Part shown: positions 1 through 12,864 of the stretch, piece after piece | Layout of the letters: each line of letters opens with the position of its first letter | How positions within the stretch are numbered: position 1 is the stretch's first letter | Assembly (NCBI GenBank): GCA_030390025.1 | Contig: JASTWF010000070.1 | Coordinates: forward strand, 1,178,001-1,242,000 | Source: Squalus acanthias | Lineage: Eukaryota | Length of the DNA stretch: 64,000 nt | Direction: 5' to 3' | The notes under the pieces: model-generated | Databases searched by the model: none | The model's input: only the letters and a program-made list of their open reading frames with translations | Told to the model about the DNA's origin: nothing | Position numbers and translations under genes: made by a program

Positions 1-1078
1 GTCGCAGCCGTTAAATTCAAATCAGGCTCCCAACTGCACTGTGAGAGCCTGATTTAAATGTTATAATGAGGTTTCTCGCCTGAGAGCTTAGATATGGCGG
101 CAGGAGCTTATGCAGTTGGTTCAGGTGTGGTTAGCTAATTTTTATATGTAAACCCTCCCCCCTCACCCTCTCCCGCCCATCTTATTCCCATCCATTCCCC
201 CAATAGTGTTCCCAGGTCCTATTGCGTTCAGGAATGAATTGTTGGGTCAATAAAATATTCTAAGAGCATTATATGTAGGTTACAGAGCACCAACAACAAC
301 GTGTTTTTATACAGCGCCTTTAACGTAGTAAAACGTCCCAAGGTGCTGCACAGGAGCGCTTAACAAACAACATTTGTCACCGATCCACTGAAGGAGATAT
401 TGGAAAAGGTGACCAAAAGCTGGCTCAGGGAGGTGGGTTATAAGGAGGGTCTTAAAGGTGAAGAGAGAGGCGGAGAGGTTTCGAGAAGGGCTCAGGACAG
501 ATTGGGATCCATCGAGTTTCGCTACCAACAGTTAAAATTTGAAAATCTTCAGAAATTTGCGGGGAATCGAACAGCTGGAGCACTTTAAGTGACAGGAGTG
601 TCATTCCGCCGCATTCACAGCTCCAGGATTGTCCTTTCGCTTTGGAGTCAAGGCCGGTACTTTGCTTAGCTGGGCGGGTCCGGTGCGGACGGTGGCCACG
701 GCGTGTCGCGACCCCACTGCTGGCTCCATCCCGCTGCTGAAAATGAACTCAGCTTAATGGGGCCTATTAAGTCCGATCAGCGCGTTACCCGGCCCAATGA
801 GATGGAGCGGGTCTGATGATGTCATTCATGACGCATATCAGCCAGGATCTTTAAAGGGACCATGGCCACATCACAGTTGAAGTTTAATCTTACAAAATGC
901 TGTCGTTGCACTAAGGGATATGGGTGCGAGACGACAGCGGGATCCTGACCTGCAGACAAAAAAAATCAAAATTCCCTCCCGACCCCCCACCGCTATCGCC
1001 CGCTATCACACTGGAAAATGTAGGCTGGGTCGGTACCGAGTTCTAAACGACTCCAACCTAATGTCTAGCTGCAATCTT

Positions 1079-2872
1079 AGGGGGGAATTTTCCTGGGGTT
1101 CAGCGGCGGGATCGGTAGCGGGTCAGGAGGGAAAATATTGTTTTACACTGTTTGGGATTCCGCTGTCAACCCGCCACCACGCGCCTTTACCAAATGTCGG
1201 GTCTGTCAGCGCTAAACAGACCCGACACGTGGCGGCGGGGGAGGCAATTCAGGTCATTATCACCTTGTTAACAGAGCAGTAACAAGAATTTTGAGCTCAC
1301 CTTTAGAACTTACCAGCTCGCCAACGGGCTCCACGCTGCTGGGGCATCACGTCTGTTAAGCTGGGCGGGAGTTGAATCGCCATTTCATTACTTGACATCT
1401 GGAAATGTGCTAGAAAAGCTCCCATCTCACAGCTGTTCACTTTCCAAACTCAAAAGCTGTTGCTTACTGCATTTGGAAGAGAGATTGAGCTTTAAGCAGT
1501 TTTCAAGTGTTTGGAGCAAACTCGTTCATAGTATGTCTAATTATTACGTACGCAAGCAGGGTTAATATGTAAGCTCGTGTCACTTCATTGCAACAACCTC
1601 TTTCACCCATGACAGATTCCTTCTCTCATCTCAAGTTCACCTGCTATCTAATCTATCAGCATGGGTAAGGTTTATACTCTCCCACCTTGGTCCTCATAAT
1701 CTGAGCACGATCAGCAGCAACATCAGCATCACCAGGCACACCTGCAGCACCAACAACAACACCAACCTTCTGCGCCATCACCTGATGCTGCACCGGACAG
1801 AGGGAATCAGCACCCAACCACATTGCTGTCCGGGGCTCCAGCGATGGCCTCACTGTGGCCAGATTTACTTCACTTGACGCTCCACACCTATATGGCTGCC
1901 ACATGATGCGCCAGGTTGGCACCACCCCAAACCAACAATGTAAAGCATCCCTACAATGCCCAAGCCATTCATTTTTCACTCATCAACATTGCAGGGGTGG
2001 GGGTACGATTATGTTTCAACATTCACCACAACTCACTAAGCCACTTTCAAAGGTGCACACCAATCTGTCGACGAATGGAAGAAGTGTAGAAAAAAATGGT
2101 TTCCATGTCTTATAACAGAAATTTCAAATGATAATTGGCTAAAACACACAATTGCCTATCCTTGTGTGTTGTTAGTTGGTATGATTGGACTAGGATGATG
2201 GTGAGTGTGAGGGGAGGCTAGTGATATGTGCATGTTAGAATGTAGATAGAGAGGGATGGCTTGAGGTGCAAGGTAAGTTGGTGTAAGTAAGGCTGTGCAG
2301 CAGTAGGACAGGGAAGACAGAGTCATGGGGATGTGATGAGTGGCACAGCAGGATGAGGTTGAGAGTGGCTTTGCATTGACATTTCGTGTTCTACTGAGAT
2401 AATTGCACGTTTGGCGCCACTGAAGTCTGGTCCTATTGAAGATATCCCTACTTCTGTCCTCCTGTGCAATGTGCAACCAGCCTGCGTTGGTCTCCTGGGG
2501 AGGTCTCATTGGAAGGGAAAAAAGCCTCCCTACGTGTTCTGAAGGGAGTCGTGGAAGAGCGTGGATGCAGCTGTGCACCTCTGTGAAATGCTTATCAATG
2601 TTTGCAGCACTTCAATGATGCAGAACAGGAAAAGCACAAATGTCAAAGTAAATTTGTGCATGGTCCCTTTAAGAAAACCGGCGAATGACGCAGCATGAAA
2701 TGACGTCATCAGGCCCGCTTCCTTCAATTGGCTGAGAAACTCGCAAGGCGGAATTAACAAGCCCAATCAGGGGCAAGTCATGTCGGAGGCCGAGATTGAG
2801 CCAGCAGCCAGCCCGCGACCCGCCAACGACCTCGCCCGCCATGGACCCGCCCAGATAGGGGAAATCGCGACC
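1079..2872 (-). mobile_element. Degenerate PIF/Harbinger-derived element with a Myb/SANT-like remnant
   Basis: ORF 2156..2578 contains AGWLHIAQEDRSRD...RTRLQWRQTCNYLSRT, a decayed version of the Harbinger Myb/SANT motif (WxxVA...RTxxQCRKKFNDL) seen intact at 42712. Ends are weakly inverted G-rich termini (GGGGGGAATTTTCC / GGGGGAAATCGCGACC) next to TTA/TAA. Boundaries are approximate. Confidence 0.45.
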
Positions 2873-3639
2873 TAAGTGTCTCCACAGGGAGTCTTTGACA
2901 CAGACCTACTATACTGTGTGGGAAATGTTCATCTTTTCCTCTTTTGCTGTCCCGCGTGTAGTTCCTAAACTATCCTCCAGTTCCACGTTCACAGCCCAGC
3001 CCAAAGACCCTGACCATACGTTCATTATCTGTGCTTTTCCGACCTGGATGATGTCCACTTTCAATACTTGATTGAGCAACGGAATCAGACTGAGTTTTAG
3101 CAATCTCTTTCGTAATCACTCCCACAATGATGCCTGGTGTTCTTTAATGAATGGCCTGTAATGGATCAATTTCGCTTTTGAAGTTAGGGCGCCAAAGTGA
3201 CACATGTGGCCTCAGCTCCGATCTACAGAAGCTTAAGGTTTGGAATCAAACAGCCACGTGATGTGTGATGTCAGAATAATCCTTATCCTTCAATTTAATA
3301 TATACTGGTGGACTCAAGAGATAGAGACATTAATAATCTTTATTTATCAGTACACTTATAGAAACTTAGCACCTCCAGTGCTATGAGAATGACCTCAATT
3401 GTACTCACAAGCACATCTATTTAATTATGCAAGGTAAGCACGGTGATCGTACGTCAGCACGTTCATAGTACGTGTGATTATTACGTACGCACGCAGGATT
3501 AATATGTAAACTCGTTGGTGCTCACGCATGCTACTCGCAACCCCGCCTACCCCCACCAGCCTTGCACATGCTCATTGACGACACTCTCTGTCCATTGTTC
3601 TCTTGACATTTCACATGTATGATTAACCATATTCAGAAT

Positions 3640-4880
3640 GCTCACTTGCTGATCTAGGAGCACAGGAACAGGAGTAGATCTACAGTGGATTACCTCACAC
3701 TCACCCACTTGGGGCGACATCTGTCATGTTTCACCCCAATCACAACCTGCACGTATCCCCTTCCAAATTGTTGCTCCCATCTACACAAGTTACTGTGCCT
3801 CCTAACTTAACACCACCTGCAAACTGGGATATACAACTCTCTATTCCTTCATCCAACTCATTGATAAATACGGTGGAAAGATTGAGCCCCCAGAACAGAT
3901 CCCTGGGGAACACCACTTGTCACATCCCGCCAATCTGTGTACCTACTCTTTATCCCGACTCTCTGTCTCCTACTTCCCATCCAAACTCCAACCCAAATCA
4001 AAAGGATCTCTCAATTCCATGTGGTCTCAACTTGTCCAATAATCTGTCATGTTTAACCTTATTGAATGCCTTCTGGGATTGCATATAGATAACATCCATA
4101 GACACTCCTTTCTCTATCTGATTAGTGACCTCCTCAAGAAATGTAACTGGATTACTCAGATATGATTTACCTTTAAGAAAGCCATTCTGGCCCCCTCTGA
4201 CCAGGTCATATTTGCTTAAATGTTCACTCACTCTATCCTTAATGACAGATTCTATTAACTTCCCCACAACTGATGTCAAACTGACAGGCCGGTACTGACC
4301 TGGCTTCTCTCTCGCACCCTACTTCAATAATCAAGTATCTGGAGCACAGTGTACAGGTTCTGGGCACCGCATCTCAGAAAGGATATACTGGAGGGAGTTC
4401 AGCGCAAAATCACCAGAATGTTACCAGGGATCCAAGGGTTAAATTACGAGGAGAGATTAGATAAACTAGTCTTGTATTCCCTGGAATAGGTAATGTTAAG
4501 GGGTGATTTGATTGAGGTTTTTAGGATATTGTGAGGGATTGATAGGCTAGATAGAGAGAAACTACTCCTCCGGTGGGGGGACGTCCAGAACAAGGAAGCA
4601 TAAACTTAAAATTTAGAAATCCAATCGGGAATTCAGGAGCAACCATTTATACCCAGAGATTGCTGAGAATGTGGAACTCACTACCATATGGAATAGTTGA
4701 GTCGAATAGTGTAGAAGCATTTAATGGGAAGCTCGATAAATACATGAGAGAGAAAGGAATAGAGGGATATATTGATGAAGTGAGGTGAAGAGGGGTTGGA
4801 GGAGGCTCGTGTGGAGCATAAACAGCGCCATAGACCAGTTGGGCTGAATAGTCTGTTTGTGCTGTACATTCCGTGTAATC
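3640..4880. mobile_element. Old CR1 LINE fragments: RT piece on - (~3640-4330) and 3' end on + (~4335-4880)
   Basis: ORF 3998..4279 (TSVVGKLIESVIKD...GFLKGKS) and ORF 4573..4788 (TQRLLRMWNSLP) are CR1 ORF2 motifs. The same fragments recur in the paralogous block at 57930-61860. Confidence 0.85.
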
Positions 4881-4945
4881 CACTCAATGACCCTTTAAGT
4901 GCTGAGTAAAGAAGGACCACTTGAAGCTCGTGGCAGCATTTCATG

Positions 4946-4951
4946 TTTATT
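4946..4951 (-). terminator. Polyadenylation signal AATAAA of IgL cluster 1
   Basis: TTTATT on + about 310 nt past the C-exon stop. Conserved in cluster 2 at 61930-61935. Confidence 0.65.
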
Positions 4952-5261
4952 AAGAGCTGTGTTACACAAGTTCCCAATCACAATATGATCAGAGACTAAA
5001 GGGAAATCTGTCCCCATTCTACTCACAACGAAAGTTTACACACAAGATATTGGGGACAGTTGTACAGAAAGTTGCATCTCACAAAGCTAGACAATCATTT
5101 CGTTCTCTTCTGATATTATTTAACATTCTGATTGTTTGCCAAAAACTGAAATTGCTACAGCGATTACATTGAAAAAAAAGGCGGATTGCACGCATCGAAT
5201 GATTTGTTTCATTACATTAAACACTAGCAAAAATCAAACTCCACTGCCAACTCGCACCGCC

Positions 5262-5590
5262 TCAGTCTGAACACGAGGAGGCGCTGATGGTCTTGAGAAG
5301 AGGCGAGCTCAGGGAGCCGTGGCTGACGCTGCAGGAATAGCTGGAGCCCTTGTTCCAGGCGGCGGCGGGGACTCTCAGGTAACTGCTCAGGCTGTAGGTT
5401 TGATCGCTGTCCGGGGACACGGCGCCTGTCGTCACCCCGCTGTCTGTCTCTTGGCCATCCACGCTCCAGCGGAGCCGCACCAAACCCGGCTTAAAGCGAC
5501 TGACCAGGCAGGACAGAGTGGCCGATCCCGAGCCGATTTCTTCCGAGGAGGGAGGAAGGAGAAGAACCGAGGGGCTTCGATCCTCGCTGC
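5262..5590 (-). CDS. Ig light chain constant exon, sigma-cart (type I/NS5) class, cluster 1
   Basis: Acceptor ...cacacag, then SEDRSPSVLLLPPSSEEIGSGSATLSCLVSRFKPGLVRLRWSVDG...YSLSSYLRVPAAAWNKGSSYSCSVSHGSLSSPLLKTISASSCSD*. It has the C1-set Cys/Trp and a near-terminal Cys for the H-L bond, and resembles shark type I light-chain C regions as I recall them. Confidence 0.93.
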
Positions 5591-8500
5591 CTGTGTGTGG
5601 GGAAAAGAAAATGCATTAGTTTAGGAATCCGTCAGCAGTGGGACGCTCTGATCTGAAATCAAAGATGCCAAAGAACCCGGAACAACATTCACTTTTAAAT
5701 AAATTACTGATTAATACAGGAGTTCCAATAAATTCTTAAATCTCTAATTCCTCTGCTCCTCTGCCAATTATTTTCCCTACATTGCAACAGTGACTTGGTT
5801 CAAAATTACTTCATTGGCTATAAAGCGCTTTGGGACGTCCTGACGTCTTGAAAGGAGCTGTAGAAATACAAATCTTCCTTTGTTTCTTTCTTTCTTGTAA
5901 AATAGCACAGAAAATGCAGAAATACAGACCGGGTCAGTCAGCATGTGTGAGGTGGAAAGATCAGTAACTGACCAGTTCAGGTGCAGGTTACACCCCCGGA
6001 ACCGCACTAACCTGTCTGTTCCCGTTACAGACACTGACTGACCCGCCGTGTATTCCCAGCATTTTGTATTTTTATTTGATTTCCTATAATTGCAGTTCTT
6101 TCCCTTTTTACTTCAATATAATAAAGCGTTTGATTGTCTTAAAATCCGTTGTGTTAACTTTAAAGTGTTGAAATCACAGAGCTGTGACCCGCTTTTCACC
6201 GAGAGTCCACATTATGTTTTGATATCTCAAACTGATGCAGCCCTTTCAAAGAGCCGCCACAGGCACGATGGGCCGAATGGCCTCCTTCTCTACTGAATTA
6301 TTCTATAAGACTCCGGAATTTTTTTTTACAATTCAAATTTTTTTTAGAATTGCTTGTTAGAAACTGATGGGCTTTAAATGTTGCGGGGATAATAATTGAG
6401 CCGGGTCTGTTACCGGGTATTGAAGAGCTCACTGAATAAAGAGAGGACATTGTACACGGGTTGGCAATTAATGTAGTGAATGTCTAACAATATTGTAAAT
6501 GCTTTTCATACAATTACACAGAATATACAGCACAGACACAGTTCATTCGGCCCAACCAGTCCATGCCGGTGTTTACGCTCCAGTCGAGCCTCCTCCCTTA
6601 CTTCCACATCTAACTCTATCAGCATAGCCCTCTAATATTTTCTGCCTCATGCGCTTATCTAGCCTCCCCTTAAATGCATCTATACTATTCGCATCAACCA
6701 CTCCCTGTTGTAGCGAGTTCCACATTCTCACCACACTCTGGGTAAAGAAGTTTCTCCAGAATTCCCTATTGATTTTCTTGGTGATTAGCTTTAATTGATG
6801 GTCTCTAGTTTTGCTCTTCCCCACAAGTGGAAACATTCTCTCTGTGTCTACTCTGTCAAAACCTTTCATCATTTTAAAAACCTCTATTCGGCCACCCCTC
6901 AGCCTTCTCTTTGATGAAGGGTTTTCACGTTTTAATATTTCGAGTAAAGGGGGAACAAGGATTGTAAAATATTCTCGCTACAGAGGCAAGTAAGTATTCC
7001 TCCCCGCGCGGATGAACTGATTTCTCTCTCGGGATCAGGTCAGTCTCGCTTGTCCCGGAGCGATCCGTTCAACACTGGGCGGTTGCGGGACCCGACAGAT
7101 CAACCCAGGAGAATCGGCGCTATCCCCCGGGGGGACACTGGACAGGGAGAGTCAGCAGACACAGCCTGCGGGAGGGGAGAGGGTCAGCAGCTAGAGAATG
7201 AGGTGGAGAGAAAGTTCCCTTCAACAAGCATCACCCAGTCTCACTCACACACATGGGGCTGGTCAGTAATTGTCACTGCGCCGCTCCATGGTAAAGCGGC
7301 GGTTCTGCTCTATAAACAGCGCGGAGATTGCAAATAATGACCTGAGATAGATTAAATATCGGAACAGGTAATTCAGAATAAAGCCGATCCCGTCAAACGA
7401 ATACAATCCCGACTAGTCCCGGTGTTGCTGGCGACAGGGAGTCGATCCAACCGGTTGTGTGCTGTGGCAGCGGGTCTCGGGAGGGTCCTCTCTCTCTCCC
7501 AGCTCAGAGTCGGACACCCGACGGCTGCGGTTAGGGGGACAATACGCCACAGGAATAAAACCAGCAGTAACATTGAAAGTTGCAAATGACGGTAAATGGG
7601 TTGGGATTCCCCCGGGGCTCGTCCACCGGCTCCGGGCAATCTATTTAAAATCGGACGGTGTCGACTCTGGACCATAGGAATAATTCCGCATACACAAAGA
7701 GAAGAAGTAAGGGACAGCATAGAATCATACAGCACAGAAGGAGGCCATTCGGCCCATCGTGCCTGTGCAGTCTCTTTGAAAGAGCTCTCCAATTAGTCCC
7801 ACTCCGCTGCTCTTTCCCTATAACCCTGCAATGTTCTCCCTTAAAGTCTCAGTGTAACACACTGACATATTCAGTGTCCACTGTCAGAACTTCACAGTGT
7901 TGCTCACAGCTTTCCTCTCTCTCTCTCTCTGTCTCTTGCTGCACCCGAATGATACCGGCGCTTAGAGGGTTAAATTACGAGGACGGGTTGCATAAACTTG
8001 CCTTGTATTCCTTTGAGTTTCGAAGATTCAGGGGTGAACTGATCGAGGTGTTTAAAATTCGAAAAAGGATTCGATCGGCTAAACAGAGAAACGATTTCCT
8101 CCGGTGGGGGAATCAAGAACCAGGGGAGTTCAATTAAAATTAGATCCCGTCCATTGAGGAGGGAGGCACTTTTTCACACAGACTCGAGTGGCTGAATGGC
8201 CTCCTCCTGTTCCTATGTCACTATTTTATCAATCAGTGCCACTCTAAGGACATTCAACCCATCGTGCCTCTGCCGGCTCTTTGAATAGAGCTCTCGAATT
8301 ATTCCCACTCGCCTGCTCTTTCCACACAGCCCTGCATTTATCCTTTTCAAGTATTTCTCCAATTCCCTTTTGAAAGTTACTATTCAATCTGCTCCCACCG
8401 CCCTTTCAGGCAGCGCATTCCAGATCACAGCAACTCGCTGCGTAAAAAGAACACTTCTCATCATCTCCCCCATTGAATGGGAGCAGGAAATGGTGTCAAA

Positions 8501-8696
8501 CCACATTTCAGCGCAGTATTATTCCCCGAGGCGCTTCAACAATTCTAATTCTGACCAGTTTAACATTTTTTGGTTATAAATAGATTTAACATCAAAATTC
8601 ACTGAATGGAGATTTCTCTGGCGCCCGGGAATGAAAGCGACTGTAAATTAATAATAATTGAAACAATGTGAATGATAGAATGAGAGAGTCACTTAC

Positions 8697-9050
8697 TCTT
8701 TACACTCAGGACGGTCCCCGGTCCGAAGATGAATCCCGACTCCCACACAGCACAGTAATAGACGGCGGAGTCACCGGGCACCAGGGTTCCGATGGTCAGA
8801 ATGTAACTGTTACCGGAGGCGTCTCTGGAAGGTTGAAAACGGTCTGTGAAGCCGGTGCCTCGATATATATCATCATCTGTATCATGCTCTAGCACCCAGA
8901 CCGGAGCTTCCCCGGGTCGCTGTCGGAACCAGTCCACATCCTCGCTGCTCACAGCCCCGTTCTCCATCGCACACTGTAACCGGGCGGTCTGACCCGCGGA
9001 GACAGGATCTGATATTGGGGACTGATTGAGGACGGGAGCCGCCAGGACAC
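8697..9050 (-). CDS. Germline-joined VJ exon of the sigma-cart Ig light chain, cluster 1
   Basis: Acceptor ttgaag| then GVLAAPVLNQSPISDPVSAGQTARLQC...WFRQRPGEAPVWVL...DSAVYYCAVWESGFIFGPGTVLSVK then |GTAAGT. V and J (FGPG) are contiguous and in frame with no RSS. Phase 1 at both ends splices in frame to C. Confidence 0.93.
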
Positions 9051-9202
9051 CTTCAATAAAAGAAAAAAAATAACACATTCAGAGACTTGGAGCAAATAGG
9101 ACGTTAATGCTTCAATAAACACGGAGACAAAACCTCCCGGTTCTCGGTATTGAACCGATTTAGTTGCGGATAAACCCGTGACTAAAACCATCCGTCTCTC
9201 AC

Positions 9203-9251
9203 CTGTTAAATGGATCATCAGACCGCACAGGAGATGCATCGCTGGAGCCAT
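9203..9251 (-). CDS. Leader exon of IgL cluster 1
   Basis: ATG...MAPAMHLLCGLMIHLT-G|GTGAGA, 49 nt, phase 1, followed by a 152-nt intron to the V exon. Confidence 0.85.
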
Positions 9252-9369
9252 TTCCTCCGGAGAAGCGTCAACAGCCACCGCTCAAAATTTCCGACTGAAC
9301 CGTGCGCTGTTCCTGTAAACTCCGGGACCCGGTCCGATTACAGTGTCTGCAAACCCGAGACTCCGGGTC

Positions 9370-9392
9370 TATTTATTACCCGGTATGCAAAT
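9370..9392 (-). promoter_or_regulatory. Ig light-chain promoter: octamer ATTTGCAT (9385-9392) and TATA-like TAATAAATA (9370-9378)
   Basis: Perfect octamer in the light-chain orientation, about 135 nt upstream of the ATG and just 5' of an AT-rich box. Confidence 0.85.
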
Positions 9393-10739
9393 GGCTGGGA
9401 GGGGCCTGGAAAAGGAAGGAGGCAGATTTTTAATTCGGGATTTTTATTTAAATCTATTTGTGTCTGACTAAATTATTACAATCTTAAACTTTTAATATAC
9501 AAATGTTTAAACGCTAATTAGAGTTCCTATTAAGAGAAGGTTCCAAGATTCCGAAGATTTTTGCGATAATGAATATTTAGTCTGTGTTCTAACCCAGAAA
9601 AATGACGGGCGGATTGTAGAGATACGAATCAGCTGATGCACTTCGGCCGGAATCGTTCTGATAACGCGCTGTTACTCTCCGATATACTGCATCAGATTTT
9701 AAAATAACCTTTTCCCCATAAATACATATTTCATTATAGACTGTCGTCCCTTTCTCTAAATCAGCAGCAAGACAACCCTGGATTTGTCAATCCCTTTAAA
9801 ATTGGCGTTTCAATTGAGAAATATGATTTGGGCTTCAGTCTGTAAATACATTTCTGATGAGAATATTCCTGAGGCGGAGTAAAGAGCGAATTAGATGAAT
9901 GAGAAAGAGGGGAAGAAAGCGGCATTTTACACCCTGCCCCGGATTAAAGAGAAGTTGTTCTATTATAGTCTGAGTCGCCCCATTTAAAACTCAGGAGGGC
10001 AAATAAAACTCGGCACAATATTAATAAAATAATAACTTGCCTTTAATTTAATGCGGGTCCGATTAACGCGCGCAGTTCCCGTTTTAAACCCTGTTCCAGT
10101 TGAATTATTAAGCGGCGGGGTCAGTTGTTTCTGGGGCTCTGTGATGTTGAACACTTCCGCTGTTTGGAGTCAATCCCTAACTCCCCACACTGAGTCTTGG
10201 TTCATGTTTTTAAAAGTCAGATTGAAACTGATTGGTGTCAGTTACTTGAGGGCGAAAGAAATGTTTTAAATTGTTAATAAATGGGTTGTCTCGAGATATT
10301 TGTCTCAAAGGAATAATATTTTTTGTTTAATAAATATCTGAATTGTGTATCTGTGAAGTTAGATATTTCCCTATTTCTTAGAAAAACACACAGATTGGGC
10401 GGAGGGATTCTCGCCCCCTGGAGTAGCCGGCACTGAATTCGGGCAGGGATTGGTTCTCACCTGGACAAGGGGCTTTTCGGTGAAGCCCAGGTGCTTGGTT
10501 CTGTTTCTGCGCTTGAACTGATCACTGATTCCGCTGGTCTGTTAGACTTATTAAAGGGGCTTTGGTGCTGTGACTGGAGCAGCTCTCTCAACCTTGCACA
10601 GAGACCAAGAGCTTTGTCACTGCTGCAACTGTCACGGCTGACTGGAGAACCAATCATTGCAGAGCACTGGCCACACAGCGCACCGCAGCTTGGGAAATGT
10701 AGTTTCACATAGAATGCAACAGTTATACATTCCATTCTG

Positions 10740-12820
10740 ATGCAAAAACACAAAAGGAAAAGCGGCCCAACCATGGCTAACAAAAGAAATTAAGGATAGT
10801 CTTAGATCTAAAGAGGCTCATATAAAGTTGCCTTAAAAAGTAGCAAGGCTGAGGATTGGGAGCATTTTAGAATTCAGCAAAAAAGGACCAAGAGCTTGAT
10901 TAAGGGGGGGGGGGGGGAAATAGAATATGAGAGTAAAATTGCAAGGAAAATAAAAGCGGACTGTAAAAGCTTCTAGAAAAATGTAAAAATAAAAAATATT
11001 AGTGAAGACAAATTTAGGTCCCTTACAGTCAGAAACGGGAGAATTTATAATGTATAACAAGGAAATGGAAAGCAATTAAACAAATACTTTGGTTCTGTCT
11101 TCACGGAAGAGGACACAAATAACTTCCCAGAAATGCTAGGGAAAGCAGTGTCTAGTCAGAAGGAGGAATTAAAGGAAGTTAGTATTCGTAAAATAATAGC
11201 GCTGGGGAAATTAATGGGACTGAAAGCCACAAATCCCAGGGCCTGATAATTTGCATCCCAGAGTACGAAAAGAAGTAGCCATGGAAATAGTGGATGCATT
11301 GTTTGTCATCTTCCAATATTCTATAGATTATGGAACACTTCCTGCAGAATGGAGGGTGGCAAATGTAACCCCACTATTTAAAAAGGATGGAGAGAAAAAA
11401 CAGGGAACTGCAGACTGGTTAGCCGAACATCAGTAGTAGGGAAAATGATAGAGTCCATTATAAAGGATGTGATAACAGGACACTTAGAAAATATCAATTG
11501 GATTGGACAAAGTCAACATGGATTTATGAAAGGGAAATCGTGTTTGACAAACCTACTGGAGTTTTTTGAGGATGTAACTGGTAGAATAGATTAGGGAGAA
11601 CCAGTGGATCTGGTGTATTTGAATTTTCAGAAGGCCTTTGATAAAGTCCCACATAAGAGCTAATGTGTGCAAAATTAAAGCACACAGGATTGGGGGTAAT
11701 ATACTGGCATGGATAGAAAATTGAATAACAGAGAGGAAACAGAGAGTAGGAATAAATTGATCTTTTTCGGGGTGGCAGGCGGTGACTAGTGGGATACCGC
11801 AGGGATCAGTGCTTGGGCCCCTGCTATTCACAATATATATCAATGATTTGGATCAGGGAACCAAATGTAATATTTCCAAGTTTGCTGACAACACGAAACT
11901 AGGTGGGATTGTGAGTTGTGAGGAGGATGCAAAGAGGCTTCAAGGCGAATTAGACAAGTTGAGTGAGTGGGCAAATACATGGCAGATGCAGGTAGATAAA
12001 TGTGAAGTTATCCGCTTCGGGAGGAAAAACAGAAAGGCAGAGTATTATTTAAATGGTGATAGATTGGGAAATGTTGATGTACAAGGGGACCTGGATGTCC
12101 TTGTACACCAGTCACTGAAAGCAAACATGCAGGTGCAGCAAGCAGTTAGAAAGGTAAATGGTATGTTGGCCTTCATTGCAAGAGAATTTGAGTAAAGGAG
12201 CAAGGATGTCTTACTACAGTTATACAGGGCCTTGGTGAGACCACGCCTGGAGTACTGTATGCAGTTTTCGTCTCCTTACCTAAGAAAGGATGTACTTGCC
12301 ATAGAGAGAGTGCAGCGAAGGTTCACCAGACTGATTCCTGGGATGGCAGGACTGTCGTATGAGGAGAGATTGGGTCGACTCGGCGTGTATTCACTCGAGT
12401 TTAGAAGAATGAGAGGGGATCTCATTGAAACGTATACAATTCTGACAGAACTAGACTGACTGGATGCAGGGAGGATGTTTGCCCTGGCTGGGGGGGAGGG
12501 GGGTCGGGAACGAGGGGTCACTGTCTCAAGGTACTGGGTAGGACATTTAGGACTGAATTGAGGAGAAATGTCTTCACTCCGAGGGTGATGAACCTGTGGA
12601 ATTCTCTACCACAGACAGCTGTGAAGGCCAAGTCACTGAATATACTTAAGAAGGAAATAGATAGATTTCTAGACACAAAAGGCATCAAAGGGTATGGGGT
12701 GAGAGCGGGAATATGGTATTGAGATGGAGGATCAGCCATGATCATGTTGAATGGCAGAGCAGGCTCGAGGGGCCAAATGGCCTACTCCTGCTCCTATGTT
12801 TCTATGTTCTTATGTTTCTA
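10740..12820 (+). mobile_element. 5'-truncated degenerate CR1 LINE (RT domain and 3' UTR)
   Basis: GIPQGSVLGPLLFTIYINDL, SKFADNTKL and VRPRLEYCMQF motifs with stops and frameshifts. Ends in (CTATGTTT/CTATGTTC)n. Confidence 0.92.
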
Positions 12821-12864
12821 TGGCCAATAGCCAAGTCAGCGCGTCTATTGACACCACTGTGTCA

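Noticed and set aside
1-1075. GC-rich MITE-like stretches at the window start
   Set aside because: They look like non-autonomous DNA-transposon sequence, but I could not define termini or a TSD.
8751-8757. CACAGTA heptamer-like sequence at the V 3' end (also ~49574)
   Set aside because: It is the reverse complement of the YYC/FYC codons. I saw no correctly spaced nonamer, so it is not called an RSS.
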